Shown: positions 17,068-26,646 of the stretch, one piece after another
Layout: every line of letters starts with the position of its first letter
How positions within the stretch are numbered: position 1 is the stretch's first letter
From: a virus
IMG/VR virus record: IMGVR_UViG_3300033821_000019
Span: 1 to 64,000 of that record
Reading direction: 5' to 3' (one strand)
Length of the DNA: 64,000 nt
Translations under genes and position numbers: made by a program
The notes under the pieces: generated by a model
What the model was told of the DNA's origin: nothing
The model's database searches: none
What the model saw: the letters and a program-made list of their open reading frames with translations, nothing else

Positions 17068-18063
17068 CTAGCGTATCTCTGTCGAGCAAGACCACTTACG
17101 AATCAACCTCAAATCTATGCCGTTAGGAGACATCCACTTGTATAGCTTTCTGGCTCTTTGTGCGTAGATATTAAAAGAGAAAAAGGTTGTTTTATTAGGT
17201 GTTTTTGAAATTTTTGGTGCTTTGCCGCCAACGACTTCTATTATCCTACATTTTAACCAAACCATAAACCGTTTATCAGTACATCCGAAACCCATTCTAT
17301 ACCCATCTTTAGAGCGCGTACCATCACCATCAAAAAATCCTCTCACAAAATGTCTCACAAATCGCTTAGGTATTTTGGGGATGCCTACTCCTACGAATGA
17401 CTTACGTTGTATCAGGCCATATCGCTTAAATTTTTCATACACCCACACGCAGTTTGTAGACAATGCCCAATAAGTTTTTCCTTTTACTACACAAGGACAT
17501 GGCTTTGCTTTCAACCCCATCCTTATACGTATGTCATCCAGAATTTGTTTGTCTTTTGAACTGATGCCACAAATCGGCATAATCCTATCTTTTCTTCCAT
17601 ATCCCTTCTTAAAATATTTTCCAGTTGTTCCATCTGCCCACATATATCCTAAAACATATGCCAAGTCATTACTCCATTTGAAAAACGATTTATCTACTGA
17701 TGTATCGGCCCTCCTGTTAAAGCCAACGTACTTTCCATTTCTTTTTATGAAACCTATGACGATATCATTAGTTGAATTGATAAGAGGAGCAATTTTTGAT
17801 GTACTAATTTGTGGGTACATATTGTAAATAATGCTTTTTTGTTCTTCGGTTAAATTTGTTGGCTTTGAACCTCTTTGGTCTGGCGGGCCTTCTATCTTGA
17901 ATTTTTTAGCCCATTTTCTTACTATTCCTTCTGATAATTTTAGTTGAATGGATGATTGTTTCCATCCGTCAATTTTTAATCGTTTGAGAAGGAAACTTCT
18001 TATCGCTTCTTTGCGTGTTTTTTCTATAAGCGTTTCTACCATTATTTTATCTCTATTTTCCAT
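17068..18063 (-). CDS. Free-standing LAGLIDADG homing endonuclease with N-terminal HTH
   Basis: AYVLGYMWADG and HFVRGFFDGDG motifs. Confidence 0.9.
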   Translation of the reverse strand: MENRDKIMVETLIEKTRKEAIRSFLLKRLKIDGWKQSSIQLKLSEGIVRKWAKKFKIEGPPDQRGSKPTNLTEEQKSIIYNMYPQISTSKIAPLINSTNDIVIGFIKRNGKYVGFNRRADTSVDKSFFKWSNDLAYVLGYMWADGTTGKYFKKGYGRKDRIMPICGISSKDKQILDDIRIRMGLKAKPCPCVVKGKTYWALSTNCVWVYEKFKRYGLIQRKSFVGVGIPKIPKRFVRHFVRGFFDGDGTRSKDGYRMGFGCTDKRFMVWLKCRIIEVVGGKAPKISKTPNKTTFFSFNIYAQRARKLYKWMSPNGIDLRLIRKWSCSTEIR

Positions 18064-18458
18064 TTTGGTACGAACTTTTTTGGCAGGACAGCAACGTCTT
18101 TGATATTAGTCAAAGCGTAATTTTTGATGGTTCTATCGGCAACATCATAAGCGAATAACATCTTACGAATACCTATTTTAAGCTTTTTATATCTGTAACT
18201 ATAAGGGCAGACAGTGTATTTTTTCGTTTGGCGGGTGGTGGTCTTCTTGTAGGTAATAGTTATTTGTACGGTATTTATGGCTGCTACACGAATAGCAAGA
18301 CGTTTTTCTCTTAGACCATAGAGCGAACCTCTATTGGACCACTCTTTGATTTCTTCATGTGGTTTAGCCTTCTTTTTCAAAGGCTTACGACGCGGCTTAA
18401 TTTGTTGTTCTTCAACAAATTCCTTGCGTTTGATAGCAGCTTGAATATTTCTTGGCAT
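18042..18458 (-). CDS. WYL-like domain protein
   Basis: ITITY...YTVCPYSY...LFAYDV..RTIKNYALTNIKDV....KF fits the WYL pattern. Confidence 0.55.
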   Translation of the reverse strand: MPRNIQAAIKRKEFVEEQQIKPRRKPLKKKAKPHEEIKEWSNRGSLYGLREKRLAIRVAAINTVQITITYKKTTTRQTKKYTVCPYSYRYKKLKIGIRKMLFAYDVADRTIKNYALTNIKDVAVLPKKFVPKWKIEIK

Positions 18459-18471
18459 TTATGCGGCTTCC

Positions 18472-18795
18472 TTAAAATTGATTTGGCCCTGCTGTAACGG
18501 GGTCTTGAATACCGTTTCTATCTGGCTCCCCTGAAATACCTTCTTTATCAATGTCATCCATATAATTCAAATCATCTTGAGTGGGTGGGTCTGTTGGGAA
18601 AAGAGCGGGATTATTTGACCATGAAGTACATGCAACACCTAGCATAGTATCCACTTCTTTTCCAGAGTTAATATATATTTCTCTGCGCAACCAATAAAAA
18701 GTTCGACATTGTTTTGTATGAACACAGGACGTGCATCCTTGTCCTCTTGGGCGAACAATAGTTCCAATAACCGGGTCTGGAAACGTCAATGCCAT
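18472..18795 (-). CDS. Cys-containing hypothetical protein
   Basis: CTSCVHTKQC...C pattern; part of the head operon. Confidence 0.6.
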   Translation of the reverse strand: MALTFPDPVIGTIVRPRGQGCTSCVHTKQCRTFYWLRREIYINSGKEVDTMLGVACTSWSNNPALFPTDPPTQDDLNYMDDIDKEGISGEPDRNGIQDPVTAGPNQF

Positions 18796-18796
18796 T

Positions 18797-19057
18797 TTAT
18801 TCTACCTCAAACGAATCCATTATCTTTGCTATGTCTGCCGTATAAGGTGCCACTCCATCATTAAGCAGTTCTTTCATTTGTTCTACCTTGGCCTTTTCTT
18901 CAACTGTCTCTGGCCTGACAGCATCCAACTGTTTACCTATAATCATAATTGAAGAAATTATGACATCAAGTTGCTCATCTATTTGCATATAAGGGTCAGC
19001 ACCTGTTTCATCAGAAGCTATTTTATTGGCTATGTTCTCGATGATATTACCCTCCAT
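18797..19057 (-). CDS. Small acidic protein with tag-like N-terminus
   Basis: MEGNIIENIANKIAS. Confidence 0.65.
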   Translation of the reverse strand: MEGNIIENIANKIASDETGADPYMQIDEQLDVIISSIMIIGKQLDAVRPETVEEKAKVEQMKELLNDGVAPYTADIAKIMDSFEVE

Positions 19058-19061
19058 TTCT

Positions 19062-22000
19062 TTAATCCTTTCTCAAATCCGGGTCTTTGTTGATATCTGA
19101 ATCTTTTTCGCCCTTGGTTAGATTTTTAGTCCTGTAAAAATTCTTCGTATCTGTTCTGGATGGCTTAAATTCAGGCTCTCGCAATCGCGTCTTGCTAGAA
19201 CCACCAGTATCATTCATTAAATCCTTGTCCTTGTGTTGTGCAATAAAAGGCACATATTCCATTTCAAATTCGGCGGCTATTCTGGAGCTTATACTGTCTT
19301 CTAATAATGAAGACCGTTTCATTTTGTCACCGAAAAATGCTGCCAACGCTGCAAAGAAATTCTCACCCTCTTTATTACCCATCTTTTCGTAGAATGCTTT
19401 TCTCTGATTATCTGACAAGCTCTGGAACCATTGGATTATTTTCTTGGATTCTGCTTTTGCATCACCTTTCTCTTGCGGGGTTTTTGACCCTTTCTGTTTT
19501 TGTATATAATCGTGGAAAGCACCTTTCTCTTTATCGTCTAGCTTTTCACCCTTAATTCTTCGCGTTTTTGTTTCAGTGGGAAGCGGTGGAAGCTCTGGTT
19601 CTGGCTTTGCTTCTTCTTTTGGTGCCTCAGTCTTTGGTGTTTCTGGTGTTTGTTCTTCTTCTGATTCTACTGATTCTGGAACCTCTGCTATTTCAGAAGG
19701 CTTATTCTTTTGATACCAAGAAACCATGCCTTTGCCTATTTCATCGGCATCGTATGTTCCATCTTGCTTTTTCGTCAGACTTTGCAGAACATTACGCATT
19801 ATTTTCTTTTGTTCTTTTGGTTTTAATGTTGTGTAAGAATCCCATACTTGGTCAATATCTGGATGCTGAGCCAAAGCCAATTCAAAACCACCAGCTTTCG
19901 GACCCAAGCTATCCAATCGTGTTTCAACCAATTCACGTTTATACTTCACTTTTTCATAAGGACGTTTCAAAACGCCTTCATTTTTCGGTTTAAGAGTGAC
20001 TGTATCTCCTTCAGTTGTAACGTCGAAAGAATCTGCTACTACATCATTTGATTCCCAATTGTCACCAAATGACTTACGCATATCTGTATGAGACGTTGCG
20101 GTTTGCTTATCTGGACTCTGTTTAATCTTATGAAGAATGTCATGGTAAGCTTTCTTTTCGCCAGCATGTTCTTGTTTAAGAGCCGGTAGTTGAACCTTTT
20201 TCTTGGCAGGGGCTTTTGGTGTTGGTTTTATTGGCTTTGGTTCTTCCTTCTTTGGTTCAGAAATAGGTTCAACAGGTTTTGGCGTGGCTGGTTCTGTCTG
20301 TTCTGGTGCAGCAGGGGCAGGCTCAATTTCTGGTGGGTTGACTGGCACAGGTGGAGTAATTGGTTGCGCAGGTTTTTGTTCTGGAGCAGGAGTTGTTACT
20401 GGTGCTACTGGTGCTACTGGCGCAGCCTCTGATTGAGTCGGTGCTGTTGGTGCTGGTTGCGCTACGCTTTCTGCTGGTGGTGCCGGTGGAACCACTGGTG
20501 CTGCTGGCGTAGGTTGTATTGATTCTGGTGCTGTTGATACTGCGGGCTTTGTTTCACCTTCTGTTGGTGTAGCTTCAGTAGCATAAGGTGGAGTATGCCA
20601 AATACCATCACCATACTCGTTCATGTCATTCAATTCTTTTTTGACATCATCTGGCAACTCAGAATATTTATATTCCATACCAGTAGATACATCCACTAAA
20701 ACCATATCATCTGTAAACTCTTCTACTGCTTTGCGCGTAAAGCCTCTACTTTCCATATCCTTGTCAAAGTTCTTATTTGTGTGATGCAAAGGTCTTCTAG
20801 GATTAAACCAAGGATGCTTCTTGGCTGCTTCTTCTGGTGTTATTTCCGGTTTGGCTTCTGGCTCAGCTTCACCTTCTGGCTTAGCCTCACCTTCTGGCTT
20901 AGCCTCACCTTCTGGCTTAGCCTCACCTTCTGGTTTAGCTTCACCTTCTGGTTTAGCTTCACCTTCTGGTTTAGCTTCACCTTCTGGTTTAGCTTCTGCC
21001 GGTGCTGGTTGGACCGGGGGTGTTGGTGGTGCTGTTGGTTGCGCTGGTTGTGGTGCTGCTGGCTGCGCAGACTGTGGCGATATAGGTTGCGCTGGTGCTG
21101 GTGTTGGTGCTATTGGAGCCGGTGGAACCACTGGTGGTGCCGGTGCTGCTGGTTGTGGCGGTTGTGGCGGTTGTGTTGGTTGTGGTGCTGCTGGTGGAGC
21201 CACTTCACCCGGTGCTGGCTTTTTTTCGCCTTCTGCTGGTACAGGTTGCGGTGGTTGTGAAGTAGGCGATTGACCTTCTTCCGTTGGTTTTCCTTTTCCA
21301 CCTTGAAGTTCTTCGGGACTAGGTTTCCCGGTTGGTTCTGTAATTTGTGTACGTGTGGCAGTTCCACCTTTGCCGTCAGTATATGTCCAACGGAACGCAT
21401 CAGAACCTGGAGCTTTGTCTCCCTTTTCCCATCTAGCTATTCTAATAGACGCATTCATTGCCGTAAGAATGTTGACCGCATAATCAGCATAGTGAGCAAC
21501 AAGCATGTCAACTTCAGCAGCTTTTTTGACCTTCCCATTATCCAGCATCTTGTGCATCATGTCTACTACTTTATCAATGATACTCCAAATCTTATCCTTT
21601 TGAGCATAACCCTGTTTGTCTTGCTCTGTCTTTTCTTTCTTCTTTTGTTCCTTATCGGCCAGCGATTGTTCTTCTTGTTTACTTTGACTGAAGATTTTTT
21701 GGTCAACACTTTTAATTTTCTCGACAGCATCACCAAACTGTTTCATTACATTCTGTACGTCTTCGTCTGTTACTTCATCGTCCGCAGCTTTCAATAAAGC
21801 AGCCACCTTAATACCAATAGCCTTCAATGCTTCTTTGGTCTTTTCTTCATCAGCTTCTTCGTCTTCAGAATCCCCAGAACTCTCTTCTCCCATGACTTCC
21901 TTCAAGGATTCTTCAATGTCTTTTCGTAACTGAGTATCGTCGTCAGAATCATCTGTCTCTTTTTCTGGTACTTCAATTCCCGTATCCTTTAATGCTTCTT

Positions 22001-22325
22001 CAACGTCTTTTAACTGAGATTCATCTTCTTTTCCCGGCACTTCAATCCCCACATCAGTCAATGCTTCTTCAACGTCCTTTAACTGTGCATCTGATTCTGG
22101 CGCTTCAGTATCTTTGAAATCTTCATCGGTCAATTCTATTGATTTACTCCCAACACCAACACCTTTAGATTCTCCTGTACCTTCTTCTTTTGCAGGAGCT
22201 TCCCCCATATTTCTCAATGATAGGTTTTTGACATCAATACCGTGGGCAGGAGATGCTTCACCGCGCAGCTTCTCCTTGACCTTTCGGATAATAAGCTCTC
22301 TCAAATCTTCAGCAGTTAGTTCCAT
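19062..22325 (-). CDS. Large low-complexity (E/P/A/K-rich) protein downstream of portal; putative head-internal protein
   Basis: 1087 aa; long PAPAQP tracts and GEAKPE repeats. Confidence 0.7.
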   Translation of the reverse strand: MELTAEDLRELIIRKVKEKLRGEASPAHGIDVKNLSLRNMGEAPAKEEGTGESKGVGVGSKSIELTDEDFKDTEAPESDAQLKDVEEALTDVGIEVPGKEDESQLKDVEEALKDTGIEVPEKETDDSDDDTQLRKDIEESLKEVMGEESSGDSEDEEADEEKTKEALKAIGIKVAALLKAADDEVTDEDVQNVMKQFGDAVEKIKSVDQKIFSQSKQEEQSLADKEQKKKEKTEQDKQGYAQKDKIWSIIDKVVDMMHKMLDNGKVKKAAEVDMLVAHYADYAVNILTAMNASIRIARWEKGDKAPGSDAFRWTYTDGKGGTATRTQITEPTGKPSPEELQGGKGKPTEEGQSPTSQPPQPVPAEGEKKPAPGEVAPPAAPQPTQPPQPPQPAAPAPPVVPPAPIAPTPAPAQPISPQSAQPAAPQPAQPTAPPTPPVQPAPAEAKPEGEAKPEGEAKPEGEAKPEGEAKPEGEAKPEGEAKPEGEAEPEAKPEITPEEAAKKHPWFNPRRPLHHTNKNFDKDMESRGFTRKAVEEFTDDMVLVDVSTGMEYKYSELPDDVKKELNDMNEYGDGIWHTPPYATEATPTEGETKPAVSTAPESIQPTPAAPVVPPAPPAESVAQPAPTAPTQSEAAPVAPVAPVTTPAPEQKPAQPITPPVPVNPPEIEPAPAAPEQTEPATPKPVEPISEPKKEEPKPIKPTPKAPAKKKVQLPALKQEHAGEKKAYHDILHKIKQSPDKQTATSHTDMRKSFGDNWESNDVVADSFDVTTEGDTVTLKPKNEGVLKRPYEKVKYKRELVETRLDSLGPKAGGFELALAQHPDIDQVWDSYTTLKPKEQKKIMRNVLQSLTKKQDGTYDADEIGKGMVSWYQKNKPSEIAEVPESVESEEEQTPETPKTEAPKEEAKPEPELPPLPTETKTRRIKGEKLDDKEKGAFHDYIQKQKGSKTPQEKGDAKAESKKIIQWFQSLSDNQRKAFYEKMGNKEGENFFAALAAFFGDKMKRSSLLEDSISSRIAAEFEMEYVPFIAQHKDKDLMNDTGGSSKTRLREPEFKPSRTDTKNFYRTKNLTKGEKDSDINKDPDLRKD
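20863..20996 (-). repeat. 18-bp coding tandem repeat (GEAKPE, about 7 copies)
   Basis: Repeated TTAGC(C/T)TCACCTTCTGG(C/T) on the + strand. Confidence 0.95.
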
Positions 22326-22327
22326 TG

Positions 22328-24568
22328 TTATTCCGCTTTCTCTTCTGGTTTGGTGTCTTCAGGTTTATCTTCCTTCTTTTTTCCCGGCTTTTTCTCTTGG
22401 TTTGTTTCTTCTAATATCTTGTCAACTACTTTTTCTATATCTTCATCCGTTGCATCTTCACCAAGTTCCTTCGTAATAGTTTCGGCTGCGTCTTCTGCTT
22501 GACTCTCTAAGCCATTCTTGGCATCTTCTTGCTCTTTATCAACTTCTTCTTGTTTTGTGTTTAATACCTTATCAACTGCCTTGCCAATATCTTCGTCAGT
22601 AGCATTTTCATCCAAACCTTCACTAATGCTTTGTGCCACTTCTTCAACTTGTTTTGGCTCCACTTCAGAGCTATCTGGTAGCTTAGTTTCCTCAGTTGCT
22701 GACGCTGCTGCCGGTTGTTCTGGTGCAACTTCCGCTGGTGCTTCTTCTGCCGGTGCTTGTTCATCAGAAGCACCTTGCCCTAAATCAAAGCCTCCACCAC
22801 CGTCTCCACCGCCTTCTGCACCGCCTTCTCCTTCTGGTGGTTGCGCCATATTAAGATGTAGATATTTGGCAACTCTCGGTAAGATGTCAGTCTTTTCTAC
22901 TAATCCACGACCAACTTCAACATTCACTTCTTCCAATACACGATTAAATGTAGCGTCCTTGACAGTGAACAAATCATTGTAAATGCGTTCGTGAATTTCG
23001 TCCGTATTGAGATTGAACAACTCATAGATAATGTCAATCGGCATCGAACCCTTCTGATACAACTGGAAGAGGCTATCAAATACTTCTTGATTATCACGAA
23101 TGGACAATCTATTAAAGCCAAGCTTCGGATAGAAGTAGGTCTTGATTCCAAACTCGTCCGTGTCATACCAGCCATGTGCTTCGGCTACTGGTCTGAACAA
23201 TGCCTTTTCCACATAGTTTTGCAGGATTTCTCTGGTTAACAAGAATACTGTGTTCAAGATTTCAACGGTGATTTTGTTTCCAGTATAGGTGCCTTCGCCT
23301 GTCAGCAATTCTCTGGTAACACCCAATCCAGCAAATACATGGTTTTCAATCATTTCATACTCGGCTTGCAAATCAAGCAATCTCTGGTCTGCTCCAACTT
23401 GCTGCCAATCCCAATCGTAGTTGGTGATAATGGCGAAATCAGGGTCTAAATATGACAAGTCGAACTGCAATCTCAAATCGCCCAACTGTTCATCCGTAAG
23501 ACCCGGTGCAGAAATTTTGTTCTTTGGTGTCATATTGCGTGTGGCTAGACCAAGCTGCGTATACCGGAAATTTTCTTTCATCAACATTGGAACAAGTACA
23601 CGTTCCAAAACACTTGCGCCCAAATCCAAATAAGGAGAGCGTCTGCGTGCCAAATGATGAACGAAAGAACCCGTGGAAGGGTCAGAATCCATCACAATAC
23701 AGCCTTCTTCACGAATCATATTGACTATTTCTTCTGGTACTGATTTGATAATCTGCCTGTGCAAATCACTCATCATTTCGTCGGGAGCGTTCTTTGTAGC
23801 TTCAATGAGCGTCATCAATCTTTGCGGACGGTATTCCACCCTAGCATTTTCAGAGAATGGATATTGGAAAATACTGACTTCTTCTGGCGGCAGCATTACA
23901 ACCCTATCCCACATTTTCAACTTAGGATTCCACTCATGGAACAAATAACAATTTCCTATCATGTTATATTCAAAAAGAATAGCCTGCAATGTTTGAAATA
24001 AATTTAGCTTATCACACATACCAGTGAAAAAGCCATGTATTTTCTTCTTCAGTTCTTTGGGTTTGCCTTCCATTTTTGGCATGTTCAAAGAAAGCTTTGA
24101 CATTGGCAAGTCAGACAAAAGTTCCAATGCTCTACCGCAATAAGCATCTGTTCTTTGCCAATATCTGTACCATTCATACTTCTCTTTAAGCGTAACAGGC
24201 CAATACAGGATTCCACCATTTTGCTCATTCATCATAATGAAGTATGGTGGAATATCTCTCAAACCGCCAACTTGATTCAAGCCTTGGGCATATGATGATT
24301 GATAGGTAGAAAGAGTGCTTGTGCCTATAAGGGAATTTTCAATAGGCAAACTATCCATCATCATACCGGCAGTGCGTGTGCCTGCTCCACGACCAGCACG
24401 ACCAAGCATGGCTACCTTGTTGCGTTCCATTTGTGAAACGATAGTTGCCTTCACCGGGTCAACATGGCGAGTAGTAACACCGATATTTTTGACCCCACCC
24501 TTGAAAGAACCTTGTGGCACATTCGGGGAAGGATTATCTATAGGTGTAGTCTTTCTTGTTCGTGGCAT
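22328..24568 (-). CDS. Portal protein with acidic C-terminal extension
   Basis: Between terminase and protease; portal-like segments (FEYNMIGNCY, LPPEEV, HLARRRSPY..GASVLERVL, FAGLGVTRELLTGEG). Confidence 0.8.
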   Translation of the reverse strand: MPRTRKTTPIDNPSPNVPQGSFKGGVKNIGVTTRHVDPVKATIVSQMERNKVAMLGRAGRGAGTRTAGMMMDSLPIENSLIGTSTLSTYQSSYAQGLNQVGGLRDIPPYFIMMNEQNGGILYWPVTLKEKYEWYRYWQRTDAYCGRALELLSDLPMSKLSLNMPKMEGKPKELKKKIHGFFTGMCDKLNLFQTLQAILFEYNMIGNCYLFHEWNPKLKMWDRVVMLPPEEVSIFQYPFSENARVEYRPQRLMTLIEATKNAPDEMMSDLHRQIIKSVPEEIVNMIREEGCIVMDSDPSTGSFVHHLARRRSPYLDLGASVLERVLVPMLMKENFRYTQLGLATRNMTPKNKISAPGLTDEQLGDLRLQFDLSYLDPDFAIITNYDWDWQQVGADQRLLDLQAEYEMIENHVFAGLGVTRELLTGEGTYTGNKITVEILNTVFLLTREILQNYVEKALFRPVAEAHGWYDTDEFGIKTYFYPKLGFNRLSIRDNQEVFDSLFQLYQKGSMPIDIIYELFNLNTDEIHERIYNDLFTVKDATFNRVLEEVNVEVGRGLVEKTDILPRVAKYLHLNMAQPPEGEGGAEGGGDGGGGFDLGQGASDEQAPAEEAPAEVAPEQPAAASATEETKLPDSSEVEPKQVEEVAQSISEGLDENATDEDIGKAVDKVLNTKQEEVDKEQEDAKNGLESQAEDAAETITKELGEDATDEDIEKVVDKILEETNQEKKPGKKKEDKPEDTKPEEKAE

Positions 24569-24580
24569 ATCGGAACGTCC

Positions 24581-25462
24581 TTATAATATAATGCTGCCTC
24601 TGCGCTGCGATTTACTCTTATATAAGACAGGTTGTGATGATAAAATTTGGAAAAATGTCTTCGTGTCAGGAGAATCCAACTTATTAAAATCGAATTCCAC
24701 CTCACACCATATTGGCCTATAGTAAAGAGTCATATGAGACGGAATAATCATTATTTGACCTGTAGTACGCATAGCTTCTTCTTTTTCATCCACACGTAAA
24801 GGATTCAATTGCAAATTCTTATGAGTGGTGAAGTCAGATATACAATCCAGCATATCCGTAGCATGTTCTACTTTTGCAATTTCTTTCTCGACAATCTTCA
24901 ATCGTTCTTTTGAAGATTTAGTAGGTATCAATGTAGATTCATCACCCTCTTTATAGTGATAGCCTGCCCAATCCAGCCAAATGCCATGATTGGTTCTTAC
25001 TGCCGTATCTTTAGGCTCTATCTTTTCGTACTTATGGATATACTTATCGTCTTTAAAGGATGCTTCCAACAGATATGCTGTTTCTGCATCCCAACAAATT
25101 GTGTTACCCGGCAATTTATTTTCTATACACGATTCTAAAGCATTTTTGACAGACTTTTCCAACAGTGCCCTTCTTATTATTTTACCCTCTGGAGAGTAAA
25201 AATTGGACTTTTCTTTCTTCTTTTGTTCAGCTTCTTTTCCCTCATCTTCATCATGAGCCACAGCCATAGCTGAATTAAGTATGCTTACCCCATGTTCATT
25301 CAAACCTTCAGCATATTTTGTCTTATCATCCCAAATGAATTCGCGCTCTATATTCTCACGAAATGACTGTTTGATGTAGATAGTCGGATAGTAGTTTCTA
25401 TCACGGTTTTTTACACCAACCCAACCATCATTTTTGAAATATTTGAGTGCTACAATACACAT
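24581..25462 (-). CDS. N-terminal nucleophile (Cys) hydrolase, NRDE/TANGO2- or C45-like
   Basis: MCIVA... (Cys2), KNRDR, EGLNEHGV, VRTNH motifs. Confidence 0.7.
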   Translation of the reverse strand: MCIVALKYFKNDGWVGVKNRDRNYYPTIYIKQSFRENIEREFIWDDKTKYAEGLNEHGVSILNSAMAVAHDEDEGKEAEQKKKEKSNFYSPEGKIIRRALLEKSVKNALESCIENKLPGNTICWDAETAYLLEASFKDDKYIHKYEKIEPKDTAVRTNHGIWLDWAGYHYKEGDESTLIPTKSSKERLKIVEKEIAKVEHATDMLDCISDFTTHKNLQLNPLRVDEKEEAMRTTGQIMIIPSHMTLYYRPIWCEVEFDFNKLDSPDTKTFFQILSSQPVLYKSKSQRRGSIIL

Positions 25463-25473
25463 CACTTGCCCCT

Positions 25474-25986
25474 CTACTTCACATGATACGGTTTGATAAC
25501 TGAATCATCCAACATCCTTCTCATGCCTGAAGACAGCCTTAATAGTTTCACTACCTTGCTTCGCAGAAAAGGCTTGTCTTTGAAATCTGTCTCCGAATCC
25601 TGTACACACTTTAAAAAAGCGTCCGTTTCTTTGGCATATTGGGCTATCTTGGCATTGAAACTCTGCGCAGCGTTGATAACCTTTTTTTGCGTTTGTTCTT
25701 TCTTTTCCTCCTCTTGCTTCTGCTTTACTTCGCTTAATTTCTCAAGACTTTTGGCTTTCTTCAACTTGCGTTGTTCAAACTGTGTGTTGACCAATGCCGT
25801 TCTTTGTTCATGGCGCTCTTTCGCTTCTTCCATTTGACGAAGCAAAGGATGACCGGGCGGCAAATCAGCCAAATCACCTAAATTTCTTACTCTTTCACCC
25901 TTTTCCTCACCAGCAAGCGTTTCTTCTGCTTTCTTGACTGCCGCAACTAAACCAGCGTCAAGCTTTTTAATCGGTGCTGTGGCCAT
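25474..25986 (-). CDS. Coiled-coil hypothetical protein
   Basis: 170 aa, K/E/Q-rich, in operon. Confidence 0.65.
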   Translation of the reverse strand: MATAPIKKLDAGLVAAVKKAEETLAGEEKGERVRNLGDLADLPPGHPLLRQMEEAKERHEQRTALVNTQFEQRKLKKAKSLEKLSEVKQKQEEEKKEQTQKKVINAAQSFNAKIAQYAKETDAFLKCVQDSETDFKDKPFLRSKVVKLLRLSSGMRRMLDDSVIKPYHVK

Positions 25987-25987
25987 G

Positions 25988-26590
25988 TTACACGCTTTGT
26001 CCTAATATAATGTAGTCACCTTCATCATCATGGCTTGTCTTGAATAGACAATAACCATTCCATGCATGAGCCGGTGTCTCCTTTTCCGAAGTAAACAAAC
26101 CATTTTCACTAATGTACAAATCCGCTCCCGGCGTATAAACCAATGGAGCACCTAGAACGGGATTATGTCGTTTTGCTTTGTTCAACTTCTCAAACCAATA
26201 AACCTTAAAAATACCTTCTGAAGCAATACACGCTACTGCTACACGAGTACCAGCACTTTGCAACAACCCTTGTTTATCAAAAGAATATTGTATACCAGCA
26301 TCTTTAGCAGTCCAATCCTTGTGCGTATCTCCACCGGGCCTACCATTAGTATCCCACATATCAGATAATTGTTCTACTGGCTGTTTGTGTTGTGGGCCAT
26401 AAAGCATGAAACCAAGATTGCGTCCTGTTTCATCAGTTCTCTCTACACGACAAACAGCCCTGCTATAATTTGATGCTGGCGTGGCAACTATCCTAACCCA
26501 TGTACCGGCAACCCAACCATTTGACATATTGCCAGAAGGCTCTACAGGCAATGTTACTTCGCCAGATAATTGATATACTTGGTCGCCCAA
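25988..26590 (-). CDS. Distant decoration-protein paralog
   Basis: GAPLVYTPGADLYISENGLFTSE resembles GALIVYNVGQYLYSSVNGLLTPE of 9662..10174. Confidence 0.5.
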   Translation of the reverse strand: MGDQVYQLSGEVTLPVEPSGNMSNGWVAGTWVRIVATPASNYSRAVCRVERTDETGRNLGFMLYGPQHKQPVEQLSDMWDTNGRPGGDTHKDWTAKDAGIQYSFDKQGLLQSAGTRVAVACIASEGIFKVYWFEKLNKAKRHNPVLGAPLVYTPGADLYISENGLFTSEKETPAHAWNGYCLFKTSHDDEGDYIILGQSV

Positions 26591-26646
26591 AATTCATACT
26601 CCTTCTGGCCACACTACATATTATCAATTATCAACTTATTATCTAA

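Noticed and set aside
17068-17100. LAGLIDADG C-terminus (KWSCSTEIR) resembling the upstream gene's end (KWKIEIK) as a target duplication
   Set aside because: Too short and gapped to distinguish from chance, unlike the protease 5' duplication.
20863-20996. Tandem repeats considered as a CRISPR array
   Set aside because: Contiguous 18-bp in-frame coding repeats without unique spacers; no cas genes seen in the window.
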